A DNA stretch of 64,000 nt from Pecten maximus (GCF_902652985.1 NC_047024.1:10478001-10542000); one strand, 5' to 3'; positions 27,591-42,280 are shown, counted from the first letter of the stretch. Numbers and translations are program-made. The notes: generated by a model from the sequence alone, not told the origin.

Positions 27591-29939
27591 GAAATGTACA
27601 TTCTAAAATTGATATAGGTCACAGAATGTTCGAAACAAGCTGTTTGATATCAATGTATCTGTTACGTGAAGAGGAAGCGGGAAAACACTATCAAGAAATA
27701 GAAACTTCACCTTAGGGAATCACCACATTAATTATTAAATTGAGTAGCAGTTAAGATCCGGGTGCAACACTGATGTAGAAGATGTCCAAAATTATACGTC
27801 CCAATGATATAAGGTATATCACCGTACTTGTCAATAATGTTACAGAACATCTAAAGACAGCACGCTATCGATATATCCAAAAGTGAAATTGAAAGGATTG
27901 ATAACAACTTTGCTACATGTAGCTGTTCTTCAATACATCCTGTCTCGTAGGAAAAACCAAATAGGCCAATAGGAAGACACAGGCTGCCCATGGGTATATA
28001 CGCTAACTGTTCGTAAAGTCACGAAAAGCAATGCGGAGGTTACGTCAAAGGAATCACTCTCCAAATTATATCATAAACGTATTTATATTGGTATCAATTT
28101 TCACAAACTATTCTCAGAAGAAAAGAACAGGGAAGTAGTTTAATGTGAGAACTATGTCTAATATTTTTAAACGATACAGCAGTATAAATAGGTGTGCTTT
28201 TATTGAACGACTAAAGCCTTCCGTCAAGCTAGAGCATGCGATATTGCATACTATTAAATGCTAATGATATTTTATATTGAGGTTTCTAAATTTTCAAACG
28301 TCTGATATATTTAAGATATGTTAGTTTCAGTAGACATTTTGCCAATCCTGCCATATGTGCCACGTAGATAAATCTATACCTCAAAGTTCATTCTGTATTC
28401 ACCCCAGTGATTGCAATTTCCAAATCAAACGCTACCTCGTAAGCATTGCGTAAAATAATTGAATTCATAATGTAATTTCTTAACTTCCGTTTCCTTAGTT
28501 ACAAAACAAAGATTTCCCATGTCAGGCCTGTTTTTGTTCGCTGACAAAACAGTATATCCCCATGTCACTGCAAGATTAATCACCAAAACATTCAAAACCG
28601 GATGCTGCAGTGTAGCGGGAATAGACATGACAGGAAATACCATCTCGCAGATTAACACTTCACTATCGATATTGTGTGACCCTGACCTTCGTTTCCTCAA
28701 GAGGCATGATGGTAAAAATGCTCTAATAAACTGATAGTATATGTGGCATTCATTGAAGTCAGTAATTGTTAATATTATTAAACACCAAGCGTTAATAATG
28801 AAAACGTTGTCTATGAAACTATTTTGTCCAAGGTAACGAAGCGCACGAAGGGTTCTAATTATGCACGGTAACAACAGCCGATCAAACAAAAGAAAGATTT
28901 ACCATGGTTTTATGAACACGCGAGAGCATAATTCTATTTTCGTTAAAAAATTATACAAGTATATGTCAAAGCTCTTAAACGACAAACAAAAAGGGAAATT
29001 AAGCTTCTGCTTCATCGACGAGGTCTGCGACGTATTTCTATGTCAAATCAAAGTCATGGAACATTCCTAAAAGTATGAACAGCTTGGTGAAGGCAGCGCT
29101 TTAAATACCAGCATATAATGAGCACGTTCAAGTGTACATTTCACATGGAAAGATATTTCCAATGAGAGCATGACTTGCTCATAGGTTTTATCAATGGGTA
29201 CAAGCGGAAACCTTGTGTCACACCCATCAGTAGACGAACTATATAAAACTCTTTATGATATCTGAAGATCCGGCACATCTGTACGAATCTTAACAAGTTA
29301 GCACCATAGGTTTGGGAATTCAGGAGTGCTTCTATCATACAACAGCAACATAGACTATTGACTCTATACTTATATTTGTTTAACTCGGTAATCTCTTCTG
29401 TCTCTGTCCTCCGTTCATGTTGGTCACACTATTCGCGCGTATGTTTTATGTTTCAATCCTAAAGTAAACAATGGCTTTCATTATAATCATTGTCCAAAAT
29501 TGGTTCAAAGTACATCATTGTATTTGACACAAGTTGTAGCAACTGATGAAGCCTTTTCATTTCAAGAGAACATTTAGCATATATGCACATTAACATATAT
29601 CATTTTCTTTACCAAAGAGTAACCGATTTTAACATACCTGCACGAGCATTTAAATAAAATTGTTTCTAAAAAAATAGATGATAAGCATTTTGAAAATGGT
29701 GTCCACAAGAAAACAATGAGGTACTCTGCAAATGTAGAGTTGTTGAGAAAGGTATACACAATATGTGATATCAGTACAGTTAAAGACAATACGCCAGAAA
29801 TATGAGAAATTTAAATTTAAATAATTGATAAATTCATCATTTTGCAAGTGATGTAGCTATTACTTAATTAATAATTAATATATAAAGGTGTTAATGACTT
29901 GGTTGCGTTTTGTAATACGTTCTGAACACTCGTTCACCC

Positions 29940-30565
29940 CAAGCCTTTTGTAAACTCATTTTATACACTCCGTTTGTACATTCCTTTTGTAAACTCCTTT
30001 TGTAAACGCTTTTATACACTTCCTTTGTACACTTATCTTATACATTCCTTTTGTATAAGCCTTTTGTACAGTTAAACCTTTTGTAAAGGTATAAGTATAT
30101 TTTTTTAGCTTGTTTTCCAATCTTACATGTATATATGACTTGTACTGTGATGTTAGTATTTACAATTTTTATATTATTTGAACTAAACCTTTCGTACACG
30201 TCATTTGTAAACACATTTTGTACTCTCCTTTTTTTACATTCCTTTTGTGCACGCCTTTTTACACGCTTATTGTAAAAGCCTTTTGTACACGGGTTTTTAC
30301 ACGTCTTTTGTACACCTTTTTGTAAACGCCTTTTGACATTCCTTTTGTATATGCCTTTGTACATTCGTTTTGTCTAGTCCTTTTGTACACCCATTTTTAC
30401 GCGCCATTTGTACATTCCTTTTGTACACTCCTTTTGTACACGCCTTTTGTACACGCCTTTTGTACACTCCTTTTGTATACTCCTCTTGTACACGCCTTTT
30501 GTACACGTCTTTTGTATACTCATTTTGTACACGCCGTTTGTACATTCCTTTTGTACATCCCTTTT
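29940..30565. repeat. Degenerate 14-15-bp repeat (cttttgtacacgc), with an interruption
   Basis: Many ttttgtacac/ttttgtaaac cores, with a unique AT-rich stretch at about 30090-30185. Confidence 0.88.
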
Positions 30566-33500
30566 TCAAAGCATTGCCATTTGCCTTGATAACAAAACTT
30601 CAAAACCGCCATCAAATGCGACAAAGCTTGTGTCCACGAGACTACTTCAATACGTTTTCAAATTCGGATCAAATCATATTCACGATCTCACAATTTGTTG
30701 TACGGTAATAAAGGTGTCATATTCTACCTTTCCAATGCGATCCAGTAACATTTGTGGTTTATGTTTTAATAAACAAAACATAACAGTTGAAGTTTAGTAT
30801 TAATAAGAAAAGGTAAACAATTTAAGTTTACCTACAAATATGCAAATCAATTAAGTTTACCTATTAATAAAACAATGGTAAACAGTTTAAATTTGCATAT
30901 TAATAAACAAAGATAAACAATTTATGTTTACCTATCAATAAAGAATAATCAACAGTTTAAGCTTATCTATTAATTAAGCATTTAGAATTTTTACAGGAAA
31001 CCATTTACAATAATCGAGCATCTTTATACGGTGATCGTCTCACTGAGCATAATTAAGCAATTTAATCTAGTGAACTTTTTGATTTTAAATTATACAAAAT
31101 CTATCAACTAGAATTATGTTTATACATTAAATTGTGACAAGAATTTTGGAGTACGCACTGAACTACTATTCTTATAATCAAATTGTTCTAAATTACAGTA
31201 TATTTCTGTGTTTGTATTGTATGCATTGTTTAAATAGATATTTAACTTTAAATTGCTAATAGGATATTTAATCGAATAATAATAAAATAGCACTTTTAGT
31301 TTAACGCTACATGGCATGGCAATTTATTTCCCCTGTACGTCGTGTGTGCTGCACCCAACAGTATACCATCGAAAGTTGATGTTTATTACCGAAGACCTCC
31401 GCTGACAGCAAGCCGGAAAATGCAAGTTTATTAATAGTTTAACAGTGTTAAAACCGCATTAATGTTCATTCTGAATTTTCTACGTCTTTTGATTTAAAAC
31501 TTACAAGATACGGTTCGGATAATGTATTTTGTTAAGAATGCACCATTCACTCAATCTAAACATGGTAAAAACTAACCAGTCTTACTACATCTCAGGACTA
31601 CGTGGGAGATAACGTGGTTATACAAACATTTCTCCATGTCAATTACAATTCTAACCATGGCGTGGGAGGCTGCGGGAGGCCCATTGGAATCGTATAACCA
31701 TTTTCTCAGACACCTCAACGCCGCGTCCACATGGATAATACATGAGAGAGAGCATTTCGCACCTACAGCAAACACTTAAAGGTCCGTGTCCTCATCCTTT
31801 GGAAGCTTTGAATATTGTTAATGTCACAGTTCAGCTGCTTCTATCAGCGTATAAAGAGTCATTGTGTTAATATATAAACAATGCACCCAACTTGCAAGCA
31901 TATGGCAATGTCCTCCAGCAGCAGTAAATGCAATACCATGCGTGGCGATTAACGATACAAATACGGACGTGGTTACTATAACAATACTTTTATGTCATTT
32001 GTAGTAATGACCTTTAACAATTTCAATTTTGAATCAATCTTGCTTTTACGAACCCAGTGGAAAAAATTCAGATTTCGATCATATTACGGAACTTCAGTAA
32101 CACTATTGTTAAGAATAATTAGAAACCATGATATATTATGTGAACGTTTTATGGCGAAAGACTGATGGAGTATTATTTTTAATTGTTGCTATTGTCTCAA
32201 AAATCAGATATGTTACCATTGATTGTGGAAGACATCTTGGTAATGCGGCAATCTGATCAAAACTGGTTAATATGACCTACAATATGTTTCGCTAAAAGTA
32301 TGCATATTAAAAATATGACACAATCAAATCATGATGTAGGGAATATCACAATGAACTGTTATCAGCCTTAACTGACAATATATATTTTATTAACACCGTT
32401 AAAATATACATAGTATACATGTTATAGCATGTATCTAAGACAGTGGATCCATGGCGATATCTCGTATTACTTTGTATCCTGTTGACGAAGTTAAGGACCA
32501 ACTGGAGGGGTTAATTAAAAACCAAAATGCCTTTATAAATGAACATCATTAAGGTCCTTAGGAAGGGGAGCGGTTTATTGCAATCTCGCTAGGGGGTAGG
32601 CGATACCTAACAGACCCCTTCTGTAATACCGGTACCGATAATTCTACAGGGTTGCATGCATAGGTCAAACATATGACATTCACCAACTCTTAGGAGTTAA
32701 TGTTAAGTCCAAATTACTTGCCTCATTCCTACCGTGTCTCTGACACTTAACCTTACGGAATATATTTGCATTAAAACCAACATTAACGGCGATTCAGTAA
32801 GAATTAACTTTCATGTATTTGTTTCTGTATGACATTCCTCATTAAGGTCAGCTGATTGTCATTGAGAGTGACTTTATTACGGTTCGTGGGTGTACCTATC
32901 CCAGGTATATAGCAATAAATGTCCTAGTTAGAACACGTTTTTGAAGTCACTGGTTATTTTTGCAATGACAATATCTACATGTTGTAATAAGGAATTATCA
33001 CATTAAACAAATGTATATTAGTTGGGTACCTAAACGTCAATTATTGAAAAGTATTACTAGCTCGTTACACCTTAACATATTATGTGTATGCGTTACTAAC
33101 ACGCATTAACACACCCGTTTACTGAAATAAAGGGTGTCGTATTTTCATGGCTATCACAAACAACACTCGACGAACGACAATAAAGACTACCTTCGGTAAT
33201 TTCCGTCATGATTTCAATTTAACCTCACGTCGTGATTAGTTACCGGTGACACAGATTTTACGACGGAGCTACAGTTTCTGATCAGAAAGCTCTCACGTGT
33301 AACAATTCTCGCTTACAACATTTTGGGTTGATAGGATTGTACAACAGAAATATAAATTCTACCAAACTTTGTTTTATGGTTTATATAGACAACGTGCGTT
33401 GGTATTAAAGCTTCCGTCGACACAATTCACCCCAATTTCACTTCTATAGACACAGGCAGGGTATATGCTGACAATTAATTGAGTACTAGAGTGTAATCTG

Positions 33501-34271
33501 TGTGCTCCGTAATTAGTGAATTTACCTCTACGTCTGTTCTGTTAAAAAGCTTATTCATAGGGTGACGTCACTCACTGTCTGAGCGTTTAAACTGTTTGAC
33601 CGATAGGGGAGGAGGCGTATTTTTTGGCTTCTGATCAAAATATTTCCTTTTGTAGTACAAGAAAATTGGACATAAAACATGGAATTCTTCGATTAATCGG
33701 CAACACATTCTGTTTTCATATATATGAATGAATTTTTGTTGAATGAAAATTGCGAATGCCAAATGGATATTAAAATTTTACGAACAAGCCGTTATACTCT
33801 CGAATGCTTTGCCCTATCTTACATGTAACATAGCAGCGTATTAATAAGCTACTTTACATATTGAATACTTAAAACAAATACATGTTTTAATCATTTTGAA
33901 AATAAGTCTCAGTCATGTTCGAAATTCATGGACATGACGTGATGTGTTTTGTCTATTTTCAATGTCCTATGAAATACTCTCTTACCTGTTTACTCATATC
34001 AATAGTATTTTTTTTTAATCAATCATTTTGTGACAAGAGTAATATTTTACCATTTGAAGTTATTGATAGATGTCGTACAGCCGGTTTTACTAGAATTTCA
34101 CGCATCGCTGTGTGTCTTCACTATGTTACGTTAAACAATCAAAACAGTACAGTTATAATGGTTCAGTATCCTCCAGCCGGGGATAGCATCAGGAGGAGAG
34201 TTGTAACCACGCCACTTCGGGTGTTATCAAACAATCACACCAATATGAAAAACGTAACAATTGTTTAAACA

Positions 34272-34525
34272 AATAGACGATTTACTAGGTATAGATCGAA
34301 CATATCTTGTGATTGTGTATGACCATATGGGTGAATAGACGATTTACTAGGTATAGATCGAACATATCTTGTGATTGTGTATGACCATATGGGTGAATAG
34401 ACGATTTACTAGGTATAGATCGAACATATCTTGTGATTGTGTATGACCATATGGGTGAATAGACGATTTACAAGGTCAAACATATCTAGATCTCGTGATT
34501 GTGTATGACCATATGGGTGAATACA
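34272..34525. repeat. 62-bp tandem repeat, 4 copies
   Basis: Unit aatagacgatttactaggtatagatcgaacatatcttgtgattgtgtatgaccatatgggtg. Confidence 0.95.
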
Positions 34526-36204
34526 CTTCTCCTGAATGGTACGGAAACTGTACAAGTGACAGTGTCCACGATCATCTGCTTACAAACAAAGCAGTATTGG
34601 TTTTAAAATGAAGTTTAATATGAAACACAAATCTTTGAAATGCGGTTAGTTGTCGGAGCAAAATGTGGCAAGATCGCGATAGGAAATTAAAATAAACTCT
34701 AATAAAATGAATGCACATATACCTCCACAGCAAATTTGGATTCCTTTGATACACTGCAAAGCTGGAAGGAATTGTGTTTACGAACTCTCGAAATGAACTC
34801 CGGCATTACAGGCATTTACATGTGGAATGCGGACGGGCCGTGTATTTAATGTAATAATTTCACGGGTTTATCAAAGCGTGGTATTGTATGGTGTACCAGC
34901 TCAGAGACTTCACGAACATGTATCATAGAGGAAAAACTCAAATACCACATGTCTTCATTCTGTTAAATGAATTATTTGTAAATATCTATTTTAGATCATC
35001 AATATACATGCAGTCCATAAAACGTTAATTAAGAAATATTTCCTTTTCCATAATAGTAACATGGCAGAGTTTAAGGAAACAACATTTAAAAATCTGGCCT
35101 ATCTCCAAATTCACGAAAAAAAAATTGTGTTGATTTTAGATATCATTTTCAATTTTCATAAGTATACCAATACTGTAAATTCGCCTTGTAAATACGAATG
35201 TACAATGTAGATTTTCAGTATTATTTTCAAATTTATCCTCCGCTAAAAGTGAAAACATTCCGAGTACGCGGTATCAATTGTGCAACTCTAAACAGCTGCT
35301 TACAAAAAACGTATATTATTTCTGATTAATAAAACAAATATTGATAAGTCTTTTTGCTTAAGACCACTTCTTCTTATTAAATATCTATATGTTTTCTTTG
35401 TTCGTGAAGCTGATGAGATACAATCACGCCTGTTAAGCCGAAAGTAATGTTCCGAGAACATATCGAATATTATGGTCACAATAAAAGAAGTGTCCACGCC
35501 GACAGACACAGAATACGTCATTATGCCAATACGAATCTAACGAAAGCATGTCTAAATATGAATCGTCTTTCTTTTTTCACTTCCTCTGTCACTTTAAAAA
35601 GCTTAGTCTAGACATATACAGCAATATATTGAAAATTGTACCAAACAAACAAGGATATAGAAATGAATTTATCTGACAATAAAAAAAAACAAAAAAAAAA
35701 AAAAAACAGTACAATCTGTATGGGTATGTCTACGTTTCTGATTTACAACAGACCGAAGATCGGCGTAGTGTACAGATGTTCTCATTGTCGGTACATGTAC
35801 GTATATCACTGATTGTAAAAGGATGCACAAATCATCGCACATTATATAAATGTTAGTGTTCCCGTATGAATTCTGTATATCTGAAAGCAGAATTATGCAC
35901 TTCCCCTCATCGTCTGTCTGCCAAATTACGAAAATAGCCTTGTTTTCCTAAGTATCCAAAGTTTCAAGTTAAAATGTACACTACTACAGAATACAAATTT
36001 TAAAAGTATAAAGTATTAGCTGTAATGTAATAATTACAGAAAATCGTCTAGCTCTGTAAGTCTAGGATTGATTTTTTTTATCTAAGCATCCTAGAACGAG
36101 CATTTTCCCAAAGAGGAATATCCGTATCGTTAGACAAATGCCTCGCCAATTATCTCGCAAAGTGAACAATACAAGATTAATGTCAAAGAATCACAATAAC
36201 TTAC

Positions 36205-36358
36205 CGTGAAATCGAGAGCGTAGTGCCGCTATGTCGAGTTCCCGGCGAGGTCCCGATGTTTTCAACCGAGGAATGTAAAACCCCGAGGTAATTCCGAATT
36301 GTCCGACGATTAGTGTTAGAAGCAGACAACACCAATAAAGTAGTCCACACTGTTGCAT
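36205..36358 (-). CDS. Coding exon 1 of a putative secreted prepropeptide (signal peptide plus start of peptide region): MQQCGLLYWCCLLLTLIVGQFGITSG-FYIPRLKTSGPRRELDIAALRSRFH
   Basis: Acceptor ctactttcattttcttgtag| precedes exon start 36360, followed by AT ATG. There are 51 open codons with a hydrophobic core LLYWCCLLLTLIVG and a small-residue cleavage region (ITSG). Consensus donor CACG|gtaagt, phase 1. Too short for the ORF track. Confidence 0.8.
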
Positions 36359-38382
36359 ATCTACAAGAAAATGAAAGTAGAAACTATCACAGACAGTCCA
36401 ATAGTATCGCCCTTAACGTCCCTAAATCACTAGGAATCACGTCCTCAATATTGCTGAGCATTCCTTCAAGTTCCGAATGATAAAGAAGACCGCCGAAAGA
36501 CTTTGGCACTGCAGCAAAAGCAATGCAAACGATTTAGGATATTCGTTTCATCCCTGATCACTCCTAACTTTATAGATGAATGTGTAATGTAAGTCAAAAT
36601 CGTGAACGATATGGAGAGGCGCGTGGCTCTCCACACTCAACGTTGTAGGTTTTTAATTGTATCTGCCGATATTACGGAGCAGTTACACTGTGCTAATATG
36701 TGCACTTATAACTTCATTCCGTGGTCTAATTTTACAACTAGAGGGTGTCATATCGCCCTCACTGTTATAAATCATGGACACCCGCAGACCTAACATCACC
36801 ATCGTTACTAGTAAAAGGAAATAGAGGTCACACACCCGACACTTGTTTGTTATACGTAGTGTTCATTGCTGCACCTTTGTCGATACGGCACACTTTGGTA
36901 CTGGGTCTGTAATTAGCCTGTACAAGTAGGCTGGCTAGCGGGATACGTCATTACTTATCACGTGCGCTAACTACTACCCCCTCAGTCATGTCTAATGTAC
37001 CCGCGACGTCATTGACACAAACACTTCCAGAAGTCAGTGTGTCACGATAAGGTAGGCATACACGACAAAAGTTAAATTTCTATTTCTAAATACTGAGAAA
37101 GGGCGGTAACGAAATATTAAGTACTCGCAAGAGGTGACAAAATCCAATCAAATTCATAACTATAAACTGTTAAACGATGACCAATACAATTAAATTTAAT
37201 ATAGTTTAACATTTATATCCACGTACTCAGCTTTGTAATGATTGGTTGAGTATGTCCTACACAATAAAAATCCCTAGGATTGGTTACCGGTGATGACCAT
37301 CGGTCTGATTACGATCAGATCCGTCAATAACCAATACATGTATAACATCTATTTCAATCCCATATATAACCTGAGGATTTCCAATTTGCAGTTTATTCAT
37401 TTTCTGTGCCTTCGTGTGTTAATTACATTTAGAGCGTCTGTCATATAAATACTCGCGGACACCAGCAGCCATTGTGTGGGTCCCTCGAGGGTGATGACGG
37501 CACTAGGCCGCCGACTGGTCCAACCATAAGGATTCTCGGCTACCAAGTGGCTCGTACGCTGGAACCGGTCTTCCCAATCCGCCCTCACTTTCCGGTGTTA
37601 TAGTATTATAACAGGATGTTGCTATTTAAGCACATTGTTCCCAGGCTTTCGTAATGATAATACCCAAACCGAGTAAAATGAACAGTCCGGAACAGGATGA
37701 TCTTCCGGTCTGGTTAATGGAATCAACCATGAGCAAAGCATCTAGCTGATACCGATTGTTGAACAGGCAGAAGCGCCACGCGACGGCAATGGAACAGTAA
37801 TTGGTTCATAAGCAGGACGCGGCATGTACTCTCGGATGATTTAACTAACATCATTTCACAACGGTGACTTAGACACAGAGCAAGCACCACCCGTCATCTC
37901 ACAAACAGAGCAATGTGTTGATTGACTGACCAAGCGTATAAGAACTCATGAAGACTTTTACAGACAAGTCGGATACCTTTGTTTTTGGTTATTTTATATT
38001 GAAATTAGTTATAAGGTCCCTTTATATTAAAAGCATTTATACGTACTGTTTCTCTGAAACAGGAGAATCCATACAAGTGCTAGCCAAGAATTATTCCAAA
38101 GCTAACTTAACATTAAGAGTAAGAGTGAGGTTACCGGCGTATGCGTGGGAGTACAACAGCAGCGAGTATCGATACTGGTATAGAGTTATCCTGTAGGTTA
38201 CTACTCCCAGGAGCTCGTAGTAGACGCGAGAAACTATCAAATTAGATTTCTGTTGAAATTCCAATGACAAATTTTCCATCCAACTGAATATTTAAAATTG
38301 AATTTGTGTTTTAAATAGAAGAGTCCGAGAACATACCATATATATCTAAGATAGCGTACTACACAGTGTTACGAGTCATATA

Positions 38383-38404
38383 GGGGGGGGGGGGGGGGGG
38401 GGGG
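38383..38404 (+). repeat. Poly-G homopolymer (22 nt)
   Basis: Directly visible. Confidence 0.9.
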
Positions 38405-40204
38405 ATAGTAAGCATTTGGGGCTATGCCAAACACACCTCCATACGTCAGATTCTATATTCGTACACAACGGCGATCATATTAAGGTATTTGACACTAGCT
38501 CTATTTCCTTTTGGTATCAATAGTAGTGTATTTTTGTTTCTTTTCGCAAAAGAGTTATATAAATGGAAGCAAGTAACAACAACTCATGCCAAGTACGAGG
38601 TCATAGACCAAAGAGAAGATCATGTGCCCCCAGAATACTAATCGAAAGTCCAAAGGAAGGCCTGATACGGACGTGTCTTTATAGCCACTCGGTAATTAAA
38701 TAAGTGGGTTTTTGAAATTGTTGTGAGTCATCAGTCTTCTAACGATATGTCATGGACAAAGTGTATGTTGAGGGGAGACAGGAATTTGTTTTCAAAATGT
38801 TATAATTATAGTGTTATGTGATTAGAATACGTCTAGTCACATCGATTGTTCTGGGTAACTAGTAGTGCTAACACTGTGTCACAACATGATCGAATTGTAC
38901 AGCGAAACATTTGAAGGTGATTCCCAAAAAGATAGAGCGACCAATTCAGTACTAATGTCGAGACGTCACTGTACAACTTGTAACGGTTCATTAATGGGGA
39001 TGTTAGTTTCTTACACCTAACGCAGCATTACATTGGTCCGTCCAATACCTTTTCCCCCCTGACTTCGTTTTGAGTGTGGAATAAATTGGTTTCTTAACAC
39101 CAGATTCCATTTCAGCAATCTGAAGCTGTACGTATTTACATTTTATTGTAAGTATATTGGTATCAATTTAAGGTATTTTTCAATTTGAGTAATTCATAAT
39201 CGCTGTCTTGGTTATCAGTCCTGATTGCGACTTTGATTGTCATAAAATGACATATACAACATGTCATATTAGTACCACAGAATCATTGTTATTAATGTTA
39301 ACTACGCCTTAGTTTAATCCGAAGATTTGTGATGTTTGATCGACCCTTTAAAAATCTGACACGAACCGAATGGATTTTTCGACATACCTGCATGACCATA
39401 CATACATGTCACCACACATAAGTAAGTCAATCTAATCATTTCATGATCCATCTCCGAGTTTCCAAACATTTCGAAGCCATATTTGTATAGGCCGCGTTCA
39501 CAAGATCTGATGAGATCTCGCGTGTCACAGGACAATCCTCGTGCTGAAAATAGTTGTCGAACAGACTTATAATCACGTGATCCACAGTACAAAGATGGCC
39601 GCGATATGTTTCGAAACTCGGAAATGGATTATGAAATGAGTGGATTGACTTGTTTATGTGTGATGACATATATGTCTGTATGGTCAGGTATGTACATGTG
39701 TTTTTTCGCTATACACACGACGGTTTGAATAGTTGGAAACATACGCTAATCTGTCCATATCAGATTATTAAATAACCGATAATACACCAGTAATCTTGGG
39801 ATCAGCCTTAGTTTGACAAATACATCTATCATGATACAGGTCTTGTTTACTGTTAAAGATACTGAACAAACAAGAAACAACACAATACTAGCTAAAACAA
39901 AAAAAGTAGGGAAACATTTCCATCATCATAAATAAATAAATAAATAAGTCGATAAATAGATAAATATTTGGATAAATAAATAAACAGTGGACGTAACCAA
40001 TGTCTTACAGCATGAATTATTTGAAATTATTTAAATATTTATTTGAAATAACTACATTATGAAGTGATCATGTACACAACACACTCACTTCTCCAAGTGG
40101 CGGCAAAATATTTCTTTGTCTATGTATAGAAGTAGGGTGTTGTTTTGCTGGAAGATTTCACGCAGTAGTCATCTCTCCCCATACCAAATGGGGTAAAAGC
40201 AGCC

Positions 40205-41200
40205 ATATATTGTCTAACGTCCAGTCCCCACAAGTAATGTGAATCTGATACAGTAAGCCATATATTGTCTAACGTCCAGTCCCCACAAGTAATGTGAATC
40301 TGATACAGTATGTGAGACATTGTCTAACCTCCAGTCCCACAAGTAATGTGAATCTGATACAGTATGTGAGACATTGTCTAACGTCCAGTCCCACAAGTAA
40401 TGTGAATCTGATACAGTATGTGAGACATTGTCTAACGTCCAGTCCCACAAGTAATGTGAATCTGATACAGTATGTGAGACATTGTCTAACGTCCAGTCCC
40501 ACAAGTAATGTGAAACTGATACAGTAGGTGAGACATTGTCTAACGTCCAGTCCCACAAGTAATGTGAATCTGATACAGTATGTGAGACATTGTCTAACGT
40601 CCAGTCCCACAAGTAATGTGAATCTGATACAGTAGGTGAGACATTGTCTAACGTCCAGTCCCACAAGTAATGTGAATCTGATACAGTATGTGAGACATTG
40701 TCTAACGTCCAGTCCCACAAGTAATGTGAATCTGATACAGTAGGTGAGACATTGTCTAACGTCCAGTCCCACAAGTAATGTGAATCAGATACAGTATGTG
40801 AGACATTGTCTAACGTCCAGTCCCACAAGTAATGTGAATCTGATACAGTAGGTGAGACATTGTCTAACGTCCAGTCCCACAAGTAATGTGAATCTGATAC
40901 AGTAGGTGAGACATTGTCTAACGTCCAGTCCCACAAGTAATGTGAATCTGATACAGTATGTGAGACATTGTCTAACGTCCAGTCCCACAAGTAATGTGAA
41001 TCTGATACAGTATGTGAGACATTGTCTAACGTCCAGTCCCACAAGTAATGTGAATCTGATACAGTATGTGAGACATTGTCTAACGTCCAGTCCCACAAGT
41101 AATGTGAATCTGATACAGTATGTGAGACATTGTCTAACGTCCAGTCCCACAAGTAATGTGAATCTGATACAGTAGGTCATATATTGTCTAACGTCCTCTC
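40205..41200. repeat. 54-bp minisatellite, about 18 near-identical copies
   Basis: Unit attgtctaacgtccagtcccacaagtaatgtgaatctgatacagta(t/g)gtgagac. Confidence 0.97.
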
Positions 41201-41369
41201 TCAACAGTTAGGGGGATACAGCATAGCAGATATTCTCTAGCGTCCTCTCCCCGCAGGTAATGGAATGCAGTATGCCAGATATTGTTCAACGTCCTCTCCC
41301 AATAGGTAATTGAATAATAAAGCAGGACAGATATTGTCTAACATCCGCTCATCACAGGTAAAATGTATT

Positions 41370-42280
41370 GGGACACAGCAGACTAGAAATGGTCTCACCA
41401 CAGATAATGTGATACAGCAGACTAGAAATGGTCTCATCATAGGTAATGTGATACAGCAGACTAGAAATGGTCTCGCCACAGATAATGTGATACAGCAGAC
41501 TAGAAATGGTCTCACCACAGATAATGTGATACAGCAGACTAGAAATGGTCTCACCATAGGTAATGTGATACAGCAGACTAGAAATGGTCTCACTACAGGT
41601 AATGTGATACAGCAGACTAGAAATGGTCTCACCACAGATAATGAGATACAGCAGACTAGAAATGGTCTCACCACAGATAATGTGATACAGCAGACTAGAA
41701 ATGGTCTCACCATAGGTAATGTGATACAGCAGACTAGAAATGGTCTCACTACAGGTAATGTGATACAGCAGACTAGAAATGGTCTCACTACAGGTAATGT
41801 GATACAGCAGACTAGAAATGGTCTCATTATAGATAATGAGATACAGCAGACTAGAAATTGTCTCACCACAGGTAATGAGATACAGCAGACTAGAAATGGT
41901 CTCACTACAGGTAATGAGATACAGCAGACTAGAAATGGTCTCACCACAGGCAATGAGATACAGTATACTAGAAATTGTCTCATTATAGATAATGTGACAC
42001 AGCAGACTAGAAATGGTCTCACCATAGGTAATGAGATACAGCAGACTAGAAATGGTCTCACCACAGGTAATGAGATACAGCTGACTAGAAATGGTCTCAC
42101 CATAGATGATGAGATACAGCAGACTAGAAATGGTCTCACCACAGGTAATGAGATACAGCTGACTAGAAATGGTCTCACCATAGATGATGGGATACAGCAG
42201 ACTAGAAATGGTCTCACCACAGGTAATGAGATACAGCAGACTAGAAGTTGTCACAACAAAAGGTAATTAGATACAGCAGG
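41370..42280. repeat. 39-bp minisatellite, about 23 copies
   Basis: Unit gatacagcagactagaaatggtctcaccacag(g/a)taatg(t/a). Confidence 0.97.

Noticed and set aside
28425-28889. 154-aa minus-strand ORF containing RKRR
   Set aside because: It has a non-ATG start, no convincing splice pair and no recognisable motif.
33915-34268. Plus-strand ORF with a signal-peptide-like stretch (MKYSLTCLLISIVFFF)
   Set aside because: The hydrophobicity comes partly from a poly-T run. There is no recognisable domain or supporting exon structure, and it is antisense within an intron.
36205-36290. Resemblance of FYIPRL to FXPRLamide (pyrokinin) and of LDIAALRSRFHGS to DH31
   Set aside because: There is no amidation Gly or adjacent cleavage site after PRL, and the DH31 likeness is too short and lacks the C-terminal Pro-amide. 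No gene symbol was assigned.
40214-42266. ORFs of 300-327 aa with 18-aa and 13-aa repeats
   Set aside because: Unit lengths of 54 and 39 bp are multiples of 3 and open on both strands. The ORFs start and stop at the array edges.
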